A stretch of DNA of 63,158 nucleotides, filler included, from Octopus bimaculoides (lineage: Eukaryota): the NCBI RefSeq assembly GCF_001194135.2. It is 5 parts of 5 records of this genome, joined end to end, with 100 filler letters (N's around TTAATTAATTAA, not from the genome) between each part and the next. Parts side by side here need not be neighbours in the genome. Positions count along the whole stretch, not along the records: positions 55,038 to 63,158 come from NW_026379197.1; 4 more parts are not named here. One strand, 5' to 3'. Positions 59,377 to 63,158 of the stretch are shown in pieces (position 1 is the stretch's first letter; every line of letters begins with the position of its first letter). The notes beneath the pieces are model-generated. The model ran no database searches. It saw nothing but the letters and a program-made list of their open reading frames with translations, and had not been told where the DNA came from. Position numbers and translations under genes: made by a program.

Positions 59377-61533
59377 TGTGCGTGTTGCTGTATCTATGTG
59401 CGTTAGCGAGTGTGGTAATTGTATATTATTGAAACTATCACAGAAGTTATAAACGCAAATTATAAACAGGAAGAAATACACATCAAGAAATTTCTCGCTA
59501 TGATATTATATATTTCATTGAATAAAATTATCTACTACACATCCATCTCTAAATATACCAATTTCAAACAATAGACCTATTGTCTTCAGTGAAGATCAAA
59601 TAAACACCCATTACATAGAGAGGAAGAAAACAGTCTCAAAAAGAGGATAATTTTAAACAACGGAAATTATTTCAACTCGCGAGCCAAATTATATTTACTT
59701 AAATACAATGATTATTTAAACCTAAGGCGCCTATATTTACTAGCAAATACATTAAGATCAAAAGAAGCATGTATGAAAAACATTCTAAATAACACCGCAA
59801 CATTTACAGTATGAATCTACTCGGGAAAAGACACTGGAACAACATGAAATAACAGTCGTTCCAGCCAGTATACTTACACTTAAAATTAACCAATGCTCAA
59901 TGCAAATTTTCATACAAATATGAATGCAATGATCTGCCATACATGGACGACATTTATAAAACACTTTCCATAAGACTGTCAAAACACATGATGTTTATAT
60001 ACTTTTTAAATATATTTAACACAGGCGCAAGCGTAGCTGTGTGGTAAGAATTAGGCGACAATTTATTCACCGCACGCTGTTTATATACATATATATATAT
60101 GTATATATATTTCCCAATTTGTGTAGATGTGTATAGAATAATATATCAGTTGAATAGAGTTATAATATGGTCGGGCTTTGACGTCCTTCTCTCGCCAATA
60201 TACAGTTCATCGCAATTAGGGAATTTAAGGCATTAGACCAAGTATCTGCTTTTGCAGTTCATATCTGCATTTGTGAAAAATTTCCCAATTTTTTTTGTTC
60301 TAACGGAATCTACCAGTATCGATGCGCCTGGAAAACCGTGACGTTTAAGATGCACGCTGATTGGTGAAAATCATATTCTAAAAATTCAGCTTGTCGCAGC
60401 TTTCTAAATAATATAAAAAGGAAGAAGTCAGTCATTATACTACAGTCGTCAAGCACTCAACTCAAATGTCAGTTGATACATTTTGAAAGCTGACGATTAC
60501 TACGAACGTATGAAAGCGCTAGTTGAACTTTATAAACATTACAATATATTTCTTTTTAATGCTTTACACACTTCAATATAGTAAAAATACTTTTTTTTAA
60601 ATGCAATAATAAAAAACGTGAACACCAGACCATGATGTAACTCTTTATTCAACTGATATATATATANNNNNNNNNNNNNNNNNNNNNNNNNNNNNNNNNN
60701 NNNNNNNNNNNNNNNNNNNNNNNNNNNNNNNNNNNNNNNNNNNNNNNNNNNNNNNNNNNNNNNNNNNNNNNNNNNNNNNNNNNNNNNNNNNNNNNNNNNN
60801 NNNNNNNNNNNNNNNNNNNNNNNNNNNNNNNNNNNNNNNNNNNNNNNNNNNNNNNNNNNNNNNNNNNNNNNNNNNNNNNNNNNNNNNNNNNNNNNNNNNN
60901 NNNNNNNNNNNNNNNNNNNNNNNNNNNNNNNNNNNNNNNNNNNNNNNNNNNNNNNNNNNNNNNNNNNNNNNNNNNNNNNNNNNNNNNNNNNNATATATAT
61001 ATATATATATATATATATAGACGCACCTGCATGTGTGCGTCCACAGATCTGTGTGTAAGTCTGCGTTTTAAAATATAAGAGCCACATCTATATTTACATT
61101 TGTTTCCAAATAGTTCCTCCATTACAAATCGTTCACATTCCCAATACTGCCATTTATTACGTCTTCATTTCTACTGTTGTTTATTTACTTTTTATTCCAT
61201 CTCAATATGACTATCATAAAACTGTTAAATTCATATTCGTTTTCGTTTTGTTATGGTTTTCCTCTATTATTAGAGCTGGAGTTTTTATTGTTAATATATT
61301 TTGTTAATATTGCTTAAAAATACTTCGAGCTTTGCTTTAGGGTGTAAATGTTTCAAAAATTATTGAGACTTATTTTATGTCAGTTTTTACCTGTTATGCT
61401 CTTAGTGTTACTAAAATAGATATGTTATAAACACCAAAACACACACAAAAAACACATACATACACACACACATACATACATACAAACATACATACATACA
61501 TGAATACATAAAGACATACAGACATACACACAC

Positions 61534-61575
<42 letters not shown>

Positions 61576-62057
61576 GCAGATGTATGTATACACACACGCA
61601 AACACATACGTGTGAAAAATAATTATCTTAAAATGAGATTTATCAGTATTACACTAATCTAAATTATTATTTTTCTACAAAATTTAGAGTGATCTGTCTA
61701 GCTTGAATTCTGATTTCAAATGACCCAGGGATTAGCTATACGCACTTTACCTCATGTGTTTAATTTATGTTATGCTATATNNNNNNNNNNNNNNNNNNNN
61801 NNNNNNNNNNNNNNNNNNNNNNNNNNNNNNNNNNNNNNNNNNNNNNNNNNNNNNNNNNNNNNNNNNNNNNNNNNNNNNNNNNNNNNNNNNNNNNNNNNNN
61901 NNNNNNNNNNNNNNNNNNNNNNNNNNNNNNNNNNNNNNNNNNNNNNNNNNNNNNNNNNNNNNNNNNNNNNNNNNNNNNNNNNNNNNNNNNNNNNNNNNNN
62001 NNNNNNNNNNNNNNNNNNNNNNNNNTATATATATATATATATATATACCCATATATG

Positions 62058-62090
62058 TACGTGCTCTGATCAAAAAGTATCCGGGCTGTT
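62058..62090 (+). mobile_element. Possible solitary mariner-type TIR fragment
   Basis: TA-CGTGCTCTGATCAAAAAGTATCCGG resembles TACGAGG.CTGATCAAAAAGTATCC-type mariner ends; no partner TIR seen. Confidence 0.35.
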
Positions 62091-62116
62091 GCCAGAGTAA
62101 CGAAGCTAAAGCACGC

Positions 62117-62177
<61 letters not shown>

Positions 62178-63020
62178 TGTATGTATGTATGTATGTACAC
62201 TATCAGCTCTTAACCAATGTATAAACTATATTCTATGTTATGTATCACTAACCAATCGCTAAACCATTTAATGCATACTATGCGTTCCTAAACAACCTAT
62301 GAACTACACTATTTACATTGTATGGCCCTAACCAAACGGAATTCACTTTACGAACTACTCGTACCAGACTCACTTTAGTTGAATAATCAAACTAATGGAA
62401 TACTCGACAGCATCAATGTAATCTTCTGCCATTGCTCTTCCCTAAAATAACTTCCAGACTCCACTCCTGTTTAGCGAACTCTTCCCGTGAATTCAATCAA
62501 GAAGATATTAGCGTCTGTGTTTTGGGGTTTGTTTGTTTTTCTTTTTTTTATTAAATCGAAATAATTTTGTGAAGTTTTCTTTTACCTCTTATCTTTCCTT
62601 ATTTTGTCGTATTTTGTATAACACGTATATATTTTGTTTTCTTTTATTTAATTTATATCATTTATTTATATGTTTATTGTATTTGGTTGTTTTATCAAAT
62701 TCCTAGACACGGAGATGCATTAAGAATATCAATGTGTGTACAGAGTACCTTTTGTACGTGTGTGTCTCTCTGTGCTTGTTTGCGTAAGTCCATGCACACA
62801 CATACACATGCACACACGTAGACACACACACACGCATATATGTACACATCTAAGTATATATGTGTATATATACTGTAGGCAACCGTGTGTGTTTTACGTC
62901 TCTGTCTAAAGTGCATTTAAAATAAAAAGCTAAGCAATATTCTGATGCAAAATTGATCGAATCAAACAAGGTTAAGAACCGTTAAGAAGAAACCAGCTTC
63001 AAGTCTGTCTGCTACAGAAA

Positions 63021-63031
63021 CAACAACAACA

Positions 63032-63076
<45 letters not shown>
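63021..63076. repeat. (CAA)n/(CTA)n microsatellite, followed by a SINE B tail fragment
   Basis: Direct reading; ATGCTGGAGCAC follows. Confidence 0.9.
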
Positions 63077-63077
<1 letters not shown>

Positions 63078-63158
63078 TGCTGGAGCACTACCTTCAAATA
63101 TAAGACGAATTCACCCCAGGGCTTCGTTTTTAAGCTTCTGTATGTGTATGTGTGTGTG

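Overview
Eukaryotic, AT-rich, microsatellite-dense genomic scaffold from a gapped short-read assembly. Four joins are artificial 100-bp linkers (44 N + TTAATTAATTAA + 44 N). The SINE/LINE repertoire looks like a coleoid cephalopod, most likely an octopus; this is recognised from memory and was not searched. No host protein-coding gene can be confidently identified, and nearly all long ORFs in the track are gap or microsatellite artefacts. The window is mostly a transposon graveyard: a CR1-type LINE plus two extra 3' ends, five R4/Dong-type (restriction-like endonuclease) LINE fragments, an RTE 3' end, a Tx1/L1 ORF2 5' part, a Ty3/Gypsy integrase end with PPT and LTR, an internally deleted mariner, a Helentron-associated (HINE-like) element, Penelope-like fragments, and many copies of four tRNA-derived SINE families (labelled A-D here). 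The most notable observations are a 45-codon alpha-tubulin fragment embedded inside a SINE, two hammerhead-ribozyme-like motifs in Penelope-like 3' ends (one cut off by a SINE), two different R4/Dong ends stacked in one (TAA)n tract, a 201-bp identical local copy bounded by 9-bp direct repeats, a perfect 21-bp hairpin in unique sequence, and a speculative phase-compatible chain of five minus-strand exons. I found no convincing evidence of a new multi-gene system.
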